Shown in pieces: positions 54,489 to 64,000 of a stretch of DNA of 64,000 nucleotides. Under the pieces are notes generated by a model. It saw only the letters and a program-made list of their open reading frames with translations. It made no database searches and was not told where the DNA came from. The stretch lies in the IMG/VR virus record IMGVR_UViG_3300009164_000039; one strand, given 5' to 3'. Within the stretch, counting starts at the first letter, position 1. Each line of letters opens with the position of its first letter. This stretch comes from a virus. Both the position numbers and the translations under genes were made by a program.

Positions 54489-57400
54489 ATGGCTATCACT
54501 ACTCGGCAAACAGATTTACTAGTACAGCAGGACTGGAAAAAGATATATCAGACGTTTCAAAACGCTGACTTCACTGCTTACGACTTTGAAACCTTGCGCA
54601 AGTCAATGATTGACTACTTGCGTACATACTACCCTGAAGACTTTAACGACTTTATTGAAAGCAGTGAATACGTTGCCCTGATTGATTTGATTGCTTTCCT
54701 AGGACAAAGCCTGGCCTTTCGCGCAGACTTGAATGCACGTGAAAACTTCCTGGACACCGCAGAACGCCGAGACAGCATTCTCAAGCTAGCCCGCTTGATC
54801 AGCTACAACCCAAAGCGCAATATATCATCAGCTGGTGTGTTGAAGTTTGATGCAATCCAAACAACTGAAACTTTATTTGACAGTCAAGGACTAAACCTAA
54901 GTAACATTCCTGTTACCTGGAACGATCCGGGCAATGATAACTGGCAGGAACAGTTTTACACTGTGCTAAATGCAGCCTTTGTTGACAGCCAGGTGATTGG
55001 CAAACCAGGTGGCACTGGAACCATTGCTGGCGTAAAAACTGACGAGTATGCAATCAACATGCTGCCAAACATTGTGCCAACATTCAAATTTGAATCCACT
55101 GTGAACGGTAGTTTAACAAAGTTTGAATTGCTCAGTGCAACTACTGCGGGCAAAGAATACATCTACGAAAAAGACCCCAAGCCTACTAGGATTTTCAACA
55201 TTCTTTATCGTAACGACAATCTAGGCAACGATAGCATCAACACAGGTTTCTTCTTGTACTTCAAACAAGGTGAACTTAAAACGCTGGACTTTACACTGAC
55301 AGAACGCTTACCAAACCGCGTGGTGTCAGTCAATGTGGACAATATCAACAATACCGATGTTTGGTTGTATGGTTTGGACAGCAATGGTAACATCAATGAG
55401 CTGTGGGAGAAAGTTCCTGCTGTTAGTGGTACCAACGTGATTTATAATTCTAGTACCAACAAGAACTTGTACCAAATCAATACTCGTGCAAACGATCAAA
55501 TTGATCTAGTGTTTGGTGACGGCGCACTGGCCAATGTACCACAAGGCTCATATCGTGCATTTTATCGTGTGAGCAACGGAATTGGCTATCGCATTACTCC
55601 AGACGAAATGCAGAACATTGTTCTACCTATTGCCTATGTAAACCGTAATGGCCGCACAGAGCAATTGACTATTCGTTGCAGTTTGCAGTCCACGGTAACC
55701 AATGCACAAGCACGTGAAACACTAGATGAGATACGTACCAAAGCACCACAACAGTACTACACACAGAATCGTATGATCACCGGGGAGGACTATAACATCC
55801 TTCCTTACACACAATTTTCAAGTATACTCAAAGCCAAAGCCACCAACCGATCAAGTTCTGGTGTGAGTCGGTATCTTGACACGCTAGATATCACAGGCAA
55901 GTATTCTAGCACAAACATCTTTGCACAAGATGGATTGTTGTACCGCCAGGAAAGTGTAGATGCAGTGGCGTTTACTAATTCAGCGTCTGGTAATTTGCTG
56001 GCAGTGCTTAAAGATCAGATCAACAATAAACTGTTGAACGAAAATAACATTCCGTTCTCACACTTTTACTACGAAAAATTTGGACGCTTTACTACCACCG
56101 ATCCAGTTATCAATGGATCTTTGTTCTATGCTGTATGGATACAAATGAGCCTGGCAACAGGACAAAGCAAAGGCTACCTCACACTAAAACAAACATACGA
56201 AGACACACTGGATGCGCAAGGCAATGTAATTAATTCATCAGTGTTACCATTGCCACCATTGAAACTAAGTTCAGCCGCATCTACTGCGCTACGATTTGTG
56301 ACACCGGGCTCTATTATTGTATTTGCCGCAAGTAACGATGTAACCAATTTACCAAAATGTTTTGATGTCGACAACAAGATCAAACTTGGTTTACCATCAG
56401 TTGCAGGAGACAAATTGTATTTGTATGCAACAGTCTTGAGTTTCCAAGGTGACGGCACAGCCGGTGGTATTCTACAACCTGGTGACGAAGGCCCTGTTGC
56501 TATTTCGGTATATGTGCCAAACGGTGCTGTGATTAAAGAAATTATTCCTAAGATTTATAACGAAGTCGATGACGATACCCTGCGTGATGCAGTGGCATTG
56601 ATTAACAGTAAAAAGAATCTAGGCATAAGATATGACTCTGTTGCTAAGTTATGGAAAGTTGTTCAGCCGCAGAATTTGAAACTAACACAGACTGACAGTA
56701 CTCTTATTGCAAACCCAGCTGCCAATTCTGAATACGATATAACCTACGCCGGCGACACTGCTGGTCTTGCTCAAGACAGCAGTTGGATTATTGCTTTTGT
56801 AAACAGCATCAATGGATACACCATTTACTATCGCCAATTGAACTATGTGTTTGAAAGCACAAGAGAAACTAAATTTTATTTTGATCCACGTATACGTGTG
56901 TATGACACTCGCACTGGAACAGTATTAGATGATCAAATCAAGATTCTCAAGATCAACAGCCAACCCAACAGCACTAGTGCATTCTTTGATGACCGCACAT
57001 ACTTCATTTACAAAATGATTGTTGACGCCGACGGATACGAAAACACTAGTAAGATTCTTCTAAAATTTCCAGATGTGAATCGCGATGGCGTCCCAGATAA
57101 TCCTGACATTTTCAGAGAAATTGTTGATCCGGCCACAAATACTGCCAACAAGTATGTGTACTTTGAAAAGACCACAGGACTGTACAATTTTGTAAAATTT
57201 GTACCAATTGATGGCACAACAATCAACACACAGTACCAGATCCAAGGCGATATTGAGCGTAATGCTAGCTTGTATCTAGATGGACAAATTTTTTATGCAA
57301 CCACTGATGATGCATTTTATGTGTTGAGTGTCACTGTGTCCAATGGTGCAGTAAGTCGCCGAGCCGTACTAAGTCAAAACTATTTTAGATATCAAGGACG

Positions 57401-58022
57401 TCAACAGTTGTATTTCCAGTATCGACACAATGCCCCGAGCACTCGTCGTATTGATCCTGCACCCAACAACATTATTGATCTGTACTTGCTGACAAAAGTA
57501 TATGCAACAGATTACCAAGCATGGATTCAAGACACGTCGGGCAAAGTAATCAAACCAACTGCGGCTAACAATGCCGAACTTAGCATTGAGTTTGGTGCAT
57601 TGGAAAATATCAAAGCACTTAGCGACACAATCATTTATAATCCAGCACGATTCAAACCACTGTTTGGAGCCAAGGCAGATCCTGCACTTCGTGCCACATT
57701 TAAGGTTGTTAAAAATCCCAATGTGATTATCAGTGACAACGATGTCAAGACCACAGTGGTTGCCGCAATCAATCGATACTTTGACATTAACAACTGGGAT
57801 TTTGGCGAGAGCTTTTATTTCAGTGAGTTAAGTGCATATTTGCATAATATATTGTTGCCTAACATCTCCAGTATTATTATTGTACCAACCAGCGCCCAAC
57901 TTGGCTTTGGTAATTTGTATCAAATCAATGCCGAAGCTGATGAAATTTTAATCAGTGCGGCAACTGTGGACAACATAGAAGTAATACCAGCTATCACATC
58001 AAGTCAGCTGGGACAAGTTTAA
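54489..58022 (+). CDS. gp6: baseplate wedge subunit (T4 gp6-like)
   Basis: DFTAYDFETLR, ENFLDTAERRDSI, FGDG, APQQYYTQNRMITGEDY and C-terminal FGESFYFSEL motifs. Confidence 0.9.
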   Translation: MAITTRQTDLLVQQDWKKIYQTFQNADFTAYDFETLRKSMIDYLRTYYPEDFNDFIESSEYVALIDLIAFLGQSLAFRADLNARENFLDTAERRDSILKLARLISYNPKRNISSAGVLKFDAIQTTETLFDSQGLNLSNIPVTWNDPGNDNWQEQFYTVLNAAFVDSQVIGKPGGTGTIAGVKTDEYAINMLPNIVPTFKFESTVNGSLTKFELLSATTAGKEYIYEKDPKPTRIFNILYRNDNLGNDSINTGFFLYFKQGELKTLDFTLTERLPNRVVSVNVDNINNTDVWLYGLDSNGNINELWEKVPAVSGTNVIYNSSTNKNLYQINTRANDQIDLVFGDGALANVPQGSYRAFYRVSNGIGYRITPDEMQNIVLPIAYVNRNGRTEQLTIRCSLQSTVTNAQARETLDEIRTKAPQQYYTQNRMITGEDYNILPYTQFSSILKAKATNRSSSGVSRYLDTLDITGKYSSTNIFAQDGLLYRQESVDAVAFTNSASGNLLAVLKDQINNKLLNENNIPFSHFYYEKFGRFTTTDPVINGSLFYAVWIQMSLATGQSKGYLTLKQTYEDTLDAQGNVINSSVLPLPPLKLSSAASTALRFVTPGSIIVFAASNDVTNLPKCFDVDNKIKLGLPSVAGDKLYLYATVLSFQGDGTAGGILQPGDEGPVAISVYVPNGAVIKEIIPKIYNEVDDDTLRDAVALINSKKNLGIRYDSVAKLWKVVQPQNLKLTQTDSTLIANPAANSEYDITYAGDTAGLAQDSSWIIAFVNSINGYTIYYRQLNYVFESTRETKFYFDPRIRVYDTRTGTVLDDQIKILKINSQPNSTSAFFDDRTYFIYKMIVDADGYENTSKILLKFPDVNRDGVPDNPDIFREIVDPATNTANKYVYFEKTTGLYNFVKFVPIDGTTINTQYQIQGDIERNASLYLDGQIFYATTDDAFYVLSVTVSNGAVSRRAVLSQNYFRYQGRQQLYFQYRHNAPSTRRIDPAPNNIIDLYLLTKVYATDYQAWIQDTSGKVIKPTAANNAELSIEFGALENIKALSDTIIYNPARFKPLFGAKADPALRATFKVVKNPNVIISDNDVKTTVVAAINRYFDINNWDFGESFYFSELSAYLHNILLPNISSIIIVPTSAQLGFGNLYQINAEADEILISAATVDNIEVIPAITSSQLGQV

Positions 58023-58041
58023 CTAGGTAAAAGCAAACAAC

Positions 58042-61000
58042 ATGGCAATCATTAAAACAATAGATTTACTGCCGATAGTATTTCGATCAGACTCGAACAA
58101 AAAGTTCTTGTCGGCCACACTTGATCAATTGGTTTCCGAACCAAACTTCCAGCGAGTCAATGGTTATATTGGTCGACAGTTTGCTCCAACATACAAAGCC
58201 GGCGACAGCTACATAACCGAACCTGATAAACTACGTCAACATTATCAACTTGAACCCAGTGTGGTTATTCGTGACGACAGTAACAATATTCTGCATTACA
58301 GCAACTACCGCGACCTACTGAATCAATTAAAATATCACGGGGCCAATGTTACCAATCACGATCGTTTGTTTGCCAACGAGCAATATAACTTTGATGGCTC
58401 AATTGACTTTGACAAATTCATTAACTTCAGTCAGTATTACTGGTTGCCAAGCGGCCCACCGGAGGTAACAGTTACCGGAAGTAATTTCCGTAACATCTTG
58501 AACTACGATGTCAAGCGTGACACCGCAACTAATAGTTTTAAGTTCACTGGATTTAGCACCGACAGAAATCCACTAATCACTCTAGTGAGAGGAAATACAT
58601 ATACTTTCGATCTTAATTCATCAGGTAACAAGTTTTGGATTCAAACTCGTCCTGGTGTGGGCGGAACACGTAGTGTTGAAGCTGAAGTTAACCAAAGAGA
58701 CATACTAGGAGTTCAACGAAACGGTACTGATATCGGCCAAGTACAATTCTCTGTACCAGCGAGTGATGCACAAGATTTTTATGCACGAGCACCATTGGCG
58801 ACCAATGTTGACTTTGCAATTGGTGGCACATATCGATCTTTTCAAAATAACCTGTTAAACGTGATCAATTCACGCGGCGGGTTTGACGGTGTTATTGATA
58901 ATATTGCCAACAAAACACTTATCTTCTTAACACGAGATGAAACAGCAGAAGATTGGACAGATCCAGGTAACTTTGACCTTGACAAGTTTGACCAAGGCCC
59001 ACCTGAGTCAAGTGCAATCCCGTATGAAGCAGGTAATCTTGTGCCCGAAGCAGACCGTTACCAAGTATGGCTGATCACACTAGTTGACGTTGGTGCCGGC
59101 CGCAAGGTTGTTAAATTAATTCCTCGCTATACTGTTAACACCAATGAAAAAGTTTATGTGCGCGAAGGTAAAACCAATGCCGGACTAGAGTACGTAAAAA
59201 ATCGTAGCGGAAATTGGGACGAAGCACCAAACATCACAGCACCACTTGATACACTGTATTATCAAGACAGCAAAAATCCATTAATGTATGGTACAATCAA
59301 GCTAATTGAACCTAATGCAAACTTTGTAAATGTTACTACAGAAATACTTGGTAAGAAAAACTACACAAGTCCCAATGGAATTGTGTTCACAAATGGCCTT
59401 AGAATTACATTTGATTCTACTGCAACCCCTGTGGCATACATAGGAAATAGTTATATTGTTGAAGGAGTTGGTCGCGCAATTAAATTAATTAGTGCAACCA
59501 ACTTGATTGTTCCTGAAGGATATGCAATCAGTGGGCTAACACAGCCTGATTATATCACTGTGAATAGAGCAAGCATTGATCAAAATCCGTGGAGTCGTAG
59601 CAATCGTTGGTTCCACAGTGCGTTAATCAACTTGAGTGCTACTTATAACAATGCACCTGATCAATTGATAGTTGAAGGACTAGTCAGAGCTACTCGTCCA
59701 ATTATAGAGTTTGACTCAGATATCAAACTCTATAACTTTGGCACACAAGCCAAAGCCCCAATTGATGTAATTGATTTCACAGTCACTGATGCATTTAATC
59801 AAGTTGAAGGCAAAACATCATACACTGTAAAATTACCTGGCGGTCAGGCGCCTAAAAAGTTAACAGAAGGCACACGAATTATATTTGCAAACGATATCGA
59901 TCCTGATGTTCGTAATCGCATTTATAATGTCACTTTCATTACCACTGACACTGGCACACAAATTCATTTGGTATCACTGAATACCACACTGTTGCCTACG
60001 TTCAAAGTTGATTCAATTGAAGTAGTGGACAGCAAGCCTTATACTTTTATTCCAACCGTGACACTTACTTCGCCATTGCCAGGTCTTGGTGAAGAAACTG
60101 CTAATGCCCAAGCACTAATGAGCAACACCACTATTGCTTCCTTTAGTGTAAGCGGCGGCGGAACTAATTATATCGCAACACCAGATATTCAAGTTGCAAC
60201 AGCATACGATGTCCGTGCAAATACTACTGTGGTATTTGATACTACCAAAAAAATAGATTATGTACGTATCACTGAAGCAGGCACTGGATACTCGACTATT
60301 CCTACAATTACTATTGCGCATCCTGAGGCAGTGGTACGCACAAATGCAAACACCACAGTAGAAGGTAATTTTCTTAGAATGTCTGCGGTTTCGTCGGCGC
60401 TGGTCGGTAATTATATCATTGGCGAAGGCATGCCCGGAGGCAGCATTGTATCAAACGTAAACCTAAGTGATAACAATGTTGGATTTAGCATTCGTACCAC
60501 TGTGACTTCTAGTGGTAATGAATATGTGTTCAAGACTCTGGGCACATTAGGAACCGATTATCATGTTCAAACAACTACAGAAGTTTTTACTGCGACACTG
60601 ACACTAGACGACACAGCTCTAGCACACGAAGGCATGTATGTGTCTGGTCCACGTATTCCTTATGGAACAGAAGTTCTAAAAGTAATTAGCCCCACTCAAA
60701 TTGAAATCAGTCGCGAAGTGAGTACTACTATTGGAGACAAAGTTGTATTTGTTGGTCGTAGAGCCACAGCAACTCCAAAAGTTGATGGCGGTAGAATTTT
60801 GGCAGTGACTGTTGATTATCCTGGCGCCGGGTATTTTGCACAACCATCCTACAGTATAACTGCTCCAGCGAGTGGACCAACAGCAACATTTTACCTAGTG
60901 ATGTCGGACCAGTTTATTCGCTACATTACATTAGATACTGCTGGCAGTGGGTATCAGTTGACCGCTAACAACAGTGTGAATATAATAAACACTGTGTCCT

Positions 61001-64000
61001 CAGTTACCTCAACTGCAACAGTCAACGGAGCAACTCAAATTGAGTTTGCGACTGCAGATGAAATCAGCTCAGTTGGCGCCGGCTGGCTGTGTTTTTATGT
61101 AATTAAATCAGCAGCCGGCATAAAATACGGAGACTTTGCACTAAACACTTATACAGACCGTGCAATAACTGGACCAGAACTTAAAGGAACAATATCAACT
61201 TATCGCGATTATATGGATATTGCATTAACCAGCTCGACTGTCTATACAGTAACAGGAGTTGATAGCAATGTAGTTAATCTTGACAAGGCAGTTGAAATAC
61301 TTGACGAAGATGGAAATCTAATAGATCTCCCAGCCGGTAGTGAGTTGGTGTTTACTTGTCAAAGTAGATATTTCACTGATGACTTGACTGGTAGTGGCGC
61401 ACCTGTTGGCGACTTTCAAACTTACCAAACTGCTGTTGACATTGACAGTAGTACAACTGTGCCGGTTTTAACAGCCCAGGGATTGCAACCCGGCATGCTG
61501 ATCAGTGACGAATATGGATCAATACCGGATGGCATAAAAATTATTTCAGTTGATTACATTACCAATACCATTGTAGTGTCCGGTGAGCTACGAGTGAGTG
61601 CGAATACACCATTTAGAGTAAGTCAGTCTGCACTGGTAAAAGTTACATATCAACCATCCACAATTGAAAGTATTATTGTTACTGTGCCTGGTCGTGGTTA
61701 CACCTCTGCTCCTTTAGTGACCATCCAGCCGACTGTGCCCGCAGTCACAGTAGTTGGTGAACAGTCTGAAACTACTGATTCATATTATGTTGTGGTTGAA
61801 AGCTTGGTGGGTATCCTAGTAGGCTCTAGGGTCACCAGCGACTACGACGGTTTTGGTATCGGTATAACTGTAGGGGACACAATTCCTGAAGTGCAAGAAC
61901 TGATTACCACAATTGATGCAGTTGGCGTCGAAACGTACAAGGTTCGACTGGATGTGCTCCAGCCACCATTTATTTCTAGAAACATTACATTTACCTACGC
62001 TTCTGAAGCCATTGCCAGAGTTGCTCCAATTAACAACATTGATATAACATCAATTGACACCACACCTGATACATATGATGCAGGCAACAACGTACTGCTA
62101 ACGACCCCTACGAATATTCAACAGTTGATAACTGATGTTCCGGTCTACCACGAATACTGGTACAACGGCACCAGCTGGCAACCAGGTCAACAAAAAACTG
62201 GATATACACAATCTCCGTTGTTTGATATTTTCGATGATACCGGCGTTAGTGTAGCTGATGCCGACAGCTATCCTGGCAGTAAGTTCGTTGGCACTAAAAT
62301 CTTTGGGTACAAAATTGGAACAGGATCAATTGATTCTGTACTTGGCGTTCCATTGAGCTACCGCAATTTCCAGGCAGTTGGTGATATACAATTTCAGAAT
62401 TACTGGGACACTGATCAGTTTAACTACCTAGTGGGATCTACGGAACAAACTGTTACTGTGAACACTTTTTATCTTAAAGAAACAAGCGCAGATGGGTCAG
62501 CATCATATCGAAATATCTGGAGAAAGACCAGCGAAAAAACACATCAATACCAGGTAATAAATCATGTGTTTGATGACCGTACAAATTATTTTGAAATTGA
62601 TGTTTTACCAATTGATAGTTTAACTGTACCTTACATTAAAGTTTACCTTAACAACAATTTGTTAAGTGAAAGTAGTTTTTCAATTGAATCAGTTGGTGTA
62701 CGTACCGCTGTGGTGATTGAACCTGCGCTGTTATCAACAGGTGCTAAAGTTGATATTAGAATTTACAGCAATAGCATAAGCAAACTTGGCTATTATGAGA
62801 TTCCGTCAAACCTTGATAACAATAGCTCAAACTCAAACTTTGAAGTACTAACACTAGGACAAATGAGAAATCATTATACCACCATGGCCGAAAACAATTA
62901 CGGTCTCGAGGGTGTTGTGCTAGGGTCTAATAATGTACGTGACATTGATATAAAAAGCTGGGCTGGTAGTATCCTACAACACGCCAGTCCAATTCCATTG
63001 GCAAACGTGTTCTTATTGCAACGAGAGTTTAATCTAGTAGAAGCAGTTGAGCTGGCACAAAAAGAATATACCAAGTTCAAGAATAGATTTTCAGAACTTG
63101 CGATTACACAACAAAACACAATTCTAGATATTCCAAAGGCAGTTGATGCAATACTTGAGCAGATGAATTCTGCCAAGAGCACATACTCACCGTGGTACGA
63201 TAGCGATATGTTACCGTGGGGCACCAAATACCGCACTGAATTATTGTATCCTGTTATCAACGTGCAACAACGCATTTATCAGATTCCAACTTTTTATGAT
63301 GACAAACTAGTTTCAAATCGTGCGGTACTGGTATATCTAGTCAACAAAGTAACTGGCGAAGATCGACTGCTGGTTAAAGATACTGATTACTCATTTAGCA
63401 CAACCACTGCGGGCATACTGTTGTCAGACAGTTTGTTATTAACCGTTAACAATGTTGTAAAGGTATTGTACTTTAATTCCACTGAAGGCAATTATGTACC
63501 TGAGACACCAACCAAACTAGGATTATATCCAAAGTTCAAGCCTCAGATATTTGAAGATACCACATATCAAAATCCTGTGCGAGTTATACAAGGACACGAT
63601 GGCAGCTTGACTCCGGTGTTCAATGATTTTAGAGATCAGATGTTGCTAGAAATTGAAACTAGGATCTACAACAACATCAAAGTCAACTATGCTGAAAACA
63701 TTTTTGATCTATACGAATTTATTCCGGGCAAGTTTAGAAAAACAGCATATGATCGAAAAGAGTTCACTCGTGTGCTTACCAAGAACTTCTTAAAATGGTT
63801 GGGAACCAATCAAGTTGATTATGCTGACAGCAGTTTTTTCCAGAGTAACAATGCATGGACATGGAACTATAAGAAATTAAAAGATCGTATTGATGGCGAA
63901 AATCTACCAGGATTCTGGAGAGGAATTTATCAATACTTCTACGACACAGACCGCCCAAATCTAATGCCGTGGGAAATGTTGGGCTTTAGTGAGCGCCCAG
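58042..64000 (+). CDS. large baseplate wedge initiator (T4 gp7-like), 3'-truncated, >1980 aa
   Basis: Not in the ORF track. ATG 58042 (MAIIKTIDLLP...KFLSATLDQL); no stop found reading this frame to about 63100 and in the last lines to the edge; INFSQYYWLP, PWSRSNRWFH, FWRGIY...TDRP...PWEMLGF motifs; follows gp6. Confidence 0.75.
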   Translation, partial: MAIIKTIDLLPIVFRSDSNKKFLSATLDQLVSEPNFQRVNGYIGRQFAPTYKAGDSYITEPDKLRQHYQLEPSVVIRDDSNNILHYSNYRDLLNQLKYHGANVTNHDRLFANEQYNFDGSIDFDKFINFSQYYWLPSGPPEVTVTGSNFRNILNYDVKRDTATNSFKFTGFSTDRNPLITLVRGNTYTFDLNSSGNKFWIQTRPGVGGTRSVEAEVNQRDILGVQRNGTDIGQVQFSVPASDAQDFYARAPLATNVDFAIGGTYRSFQNNLLNVINSRGGFDGVIDNIANKTLIFLTRDETAEDWTDPGNFDLDKFDQGPPESSAIPYEAGNLVPEADRYQVWLITLVDVGAGRKVVKLIPRYTVNTNEKVYVREGKTNAGLEYVKNRSGNWDEAPNITAPLDTLYYQDSKNPLMYGTIKLIEPNANFVNVTTEILGKKNYTSPNGIVFTNGLRITFDSTATPVAYIGNSYIVEGVGRAIKLISATNLIVPEGYAISGLTQPDYITVNRASIDQNPWSRSNRWFHSALINLSATYNNAPDQLIVEGLVRATRPIIEFDSDIKLYNFGTQAKAPIDVIDFTVTDAFNQVEGKTSYTVKLPGGQAPKKLTEGTRIIFANDIDPDVRNRIYNVTFITTDTGTQIHLVSLNTTLLPTFKVDSIEVVDSKPYTFIPTVTLTSPLPGLGEETANAQALMSNTTIASFSVSGGGTNYIATPDIQVATAYDVRANTTVVFDTTKKIDYVRITEAGTGYSTIPTITIAHPEAVVRTNANTTVEGNFLRMSAVSSALVGNYIIGEGMPGGSIVSNVNLSDNNVGFSIRTTVTSSGNEYVFKTLGTLGTDYHVQTTTEVFTATLTLDDTALAHEGMYVSGPRIPYGTEVLKVISPTQIEISREVSTTIGDKVVFVGRRATATPKVDGGRILAVTVDYPGAGYFAQPSYSITAPASGPTATFYLVMSDQFIRYITLDTAGSGYQLTANNSVNIINTVSSVTSTATVNGATQIEFATADEISSVGAGWLCFYVIKSAAGIKYGDFALNTYTDRAITGPELKGTISTYRDYMDIALTSSTVYTVTGVDSNVVNLDKAVEILDEDGNLIDLPAGSELVFTCQSRYFTDDLTGSGAPVGDFQTYQTAVDIDSSTTVPVLTAQGLQPGMLISDEYGSIPDGIKIISVDYITNTIVVSGELRVSANTPFRVSQSALVKVTYQPSTIESIIVTVPGRGYTSAPLVTIQPTVPAVTVVGEQSETTDSYYVVVESLVGILVGSRVTSDYDGFGIGITVGDTIPEVQELITTIDAVGVETYKVRLDVLQPPFISRNITFTYASEAIARVAPINNIDITSIDTTPDTYDAGNNVLLTTPTNIQQLITDVPVYHEYWYNGTSWQPGQQKTGYTQSPLFDIFDDTGVSVADADSYPGSKFVGTKIFGYKIGTGSIDSVLGVPLSYRNFQAVGDIQFQNYWDTDQFNYLVGSTEQTVTVNTFYLKETSADGSASYRNIWRKTSEKTHQYQVINHVFDDRTNYFEIDVLPIDSLTVPYIKVYLNNNLLSESSFSIESVGVRTAVVIEPALLSTGAKVDIRIYSNSISKLGYYEIPSNLDNNSSNSNFEVLTLGQMRNHYTTMAENNYGLEGVVLGSNNVRDIDIKSWAGSILQHASPIPLANVFLLQREFNLVEAVELAQKEYTKFKNRFSELAITQQNTILDIPKAVDAILEQMNSAKSTYSPWYDSDMLPWGTKYRTELLYPVINVQQRIYQIPTFYDDKLVSNRAVLVYLVNKVTGEDRLLVKDTDYSFSTTTAGILLSDSLLLTVNNVVKVLYFNSTEGNYVPETPTKLGLYPKFKPQIFEDTTYQNPVRVIQGHDGSLTPVFNDFRDQMLLEIETRIYNNIKVNYAENIFDLYEFIPGKFRKTAYDRKEFTRVLTKNFLKWLGTNQVDYADSSFFQSNNAWTWNYKKLKDRIDGENLPGFWRGIYQYFYDTDRPNLMPWEMLGFSERP

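Noticed and set aside
1-64000. Stop-codon reassignment, tRNA genes, prophage or IS signatures; absence of sheath (gp18), tube (gp19) and terminase
   Set aside because: Genes are full length in code 11 and use TAA, TGA and TAG as stops; no cloverleaf, integrase or transposase was seen. The missing core genes most likely lie outside this window, so their absence is uninformative.

Overview
Core morphogenesis region of a large T4-like (T4 superfamily, myovirus-type) dsDNA bacteriophage, read in the standard genetic code. No tRNA, rRNA, CRISPR array, integrase or IS element was seen. Left to right: a truncated HNH gene, dNMP kinase, candidate internal-head proteins, neck and tail-completion genes (gp13, gp14, gp15), a Nudix hydrolase, about 18 kb of fibre and decoration genes, a SAM methyltransferase cassette, the head module (gp23, gp22, gp21, core proteins, gp20), tape measure, gp26/gp51-like genes, a structured ~470-nt intergenic region, a small GIY-YIG nuclease, three radical SAM genes plus a partner, gp46, gp47, the late sigma factor gp55, and the baseplate module (gp48-like, gp53, hub, gp5, gp25, gp6, and a >1980-aa gp7-like wedge running off the right edge). 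The edge ORFs at 2-220 and 58042->64000 are missing from the supplied ORF track. Late genes carry NTAAATA promoters, and several early genes carry 17-bp-spaced sigma70 promoters. The best leads are: (1) a predicted -1 programmed frameshift (T TTT TTC, 6-nt spacer, long 3' stem-loop) fusing the gp26-like ORF to the gp51-like ORF next to the tape-measure gene, like the lambda G/GT or P2 E/E' tail chaperones; (2) a large structured RNA candidate directly downstream of the minimal GIY-YIG gene; (3) a stand-alone ~75-nt sigma70 sRNA; (4) a gp55 late promoter nested inside the sigma70 promoter of gene 55; (5) candidate protease-processed polyprotein head cargo; (6) an operonic radical SAM cassette. 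All family assignments come from motif recognition and synteny by eye; no database search or folding program was run.
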